64,000 nucleotides of DNA from Antedon mediterranea (taxonomy: Eukaryota > Animalia > Echinodermata): positions 16,368,001 to 16,432,000 of the forward strand of contig NC_092674.1 in NCBI RefSeq assembly GCF_964355755.1, written 5' to 3'. Positions within the stretch are counted from its first letter, which is position 1. Every line of letters starts with the position of its first letter. Positions 63,898-64,000 of the stretch are shown here, piece after piece. The translations under genes were made by a program, and so were the position numbers. Under the pieces are notes generated by a model. The model did not search any database. It was not told the origin of the DNA and saw only the letters and a list, made by a program, of their open reading frames with translations.

Positions 63898-64000
63898 TTT
63901 GTAAGTGATAGTAAATATTAAATGATGACAAACACCAGTTATCAGCGTGTTTTTATACTTGTTGAGCGGGAACATAAACAAAATCGAAGAACAATATAAT

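Larger units (their letters stand above)
60031..64000. mobile_element. Putative large Tc1/IS630-type DNA transposon with a cargo gene (right end outside window)
   Basis: TA|CTGCTTCGTTCCCACG start with a repeat-rich subterminal region, a transposase remnant and a convergent spliced gene, all within one TUBGCP3 intron. Confidence 0.55.

Overview
AT-rich eukaryotic (marine-invertebrate-like) genomic DNA, not prokaryotic; most short ORFs in the track are artefacts or transposon debris. Two spliced host genes can be rebuilt by hand on the + strand. One is the last two coding exons of an LRRC63-like gene (7659-8829). The other is the first 13 coding exons (440 codons, all GT-AG and phase-consistent) of gamma-tubulin complex component 3, TUBGCP3 (36408-59840, continuing past the window). 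Most of the rest is nested transposable elements: decayed CR1/L2-, Rex1/Babar- and RTE-type LINEs, a tRNA-derived SINE, a solo LTR, and many non-autonomous DNA elements (Harbinger-, Kolobok-, piggyBac-, hAT-, Academ-, Tc1-, Crypton- and Helentron-like). The most unusual structure lies in the last visible TUBGCP3 intron (60031-64000). It has a TA-flanked terminus with a CCCACG repeat array, an internally deleted Tc1/IS630-type transposase, and a convergent 3-exon gene encoding a Tudor/chromo-barrel-like domain, an acidic/basic linker, a coiled coil and a BEN domain. This is a candidate two-gene DNA transposon carrying its own chromatin reader/DNA-binding protein. All family calls come from motif recognition by eye; no searches were run.
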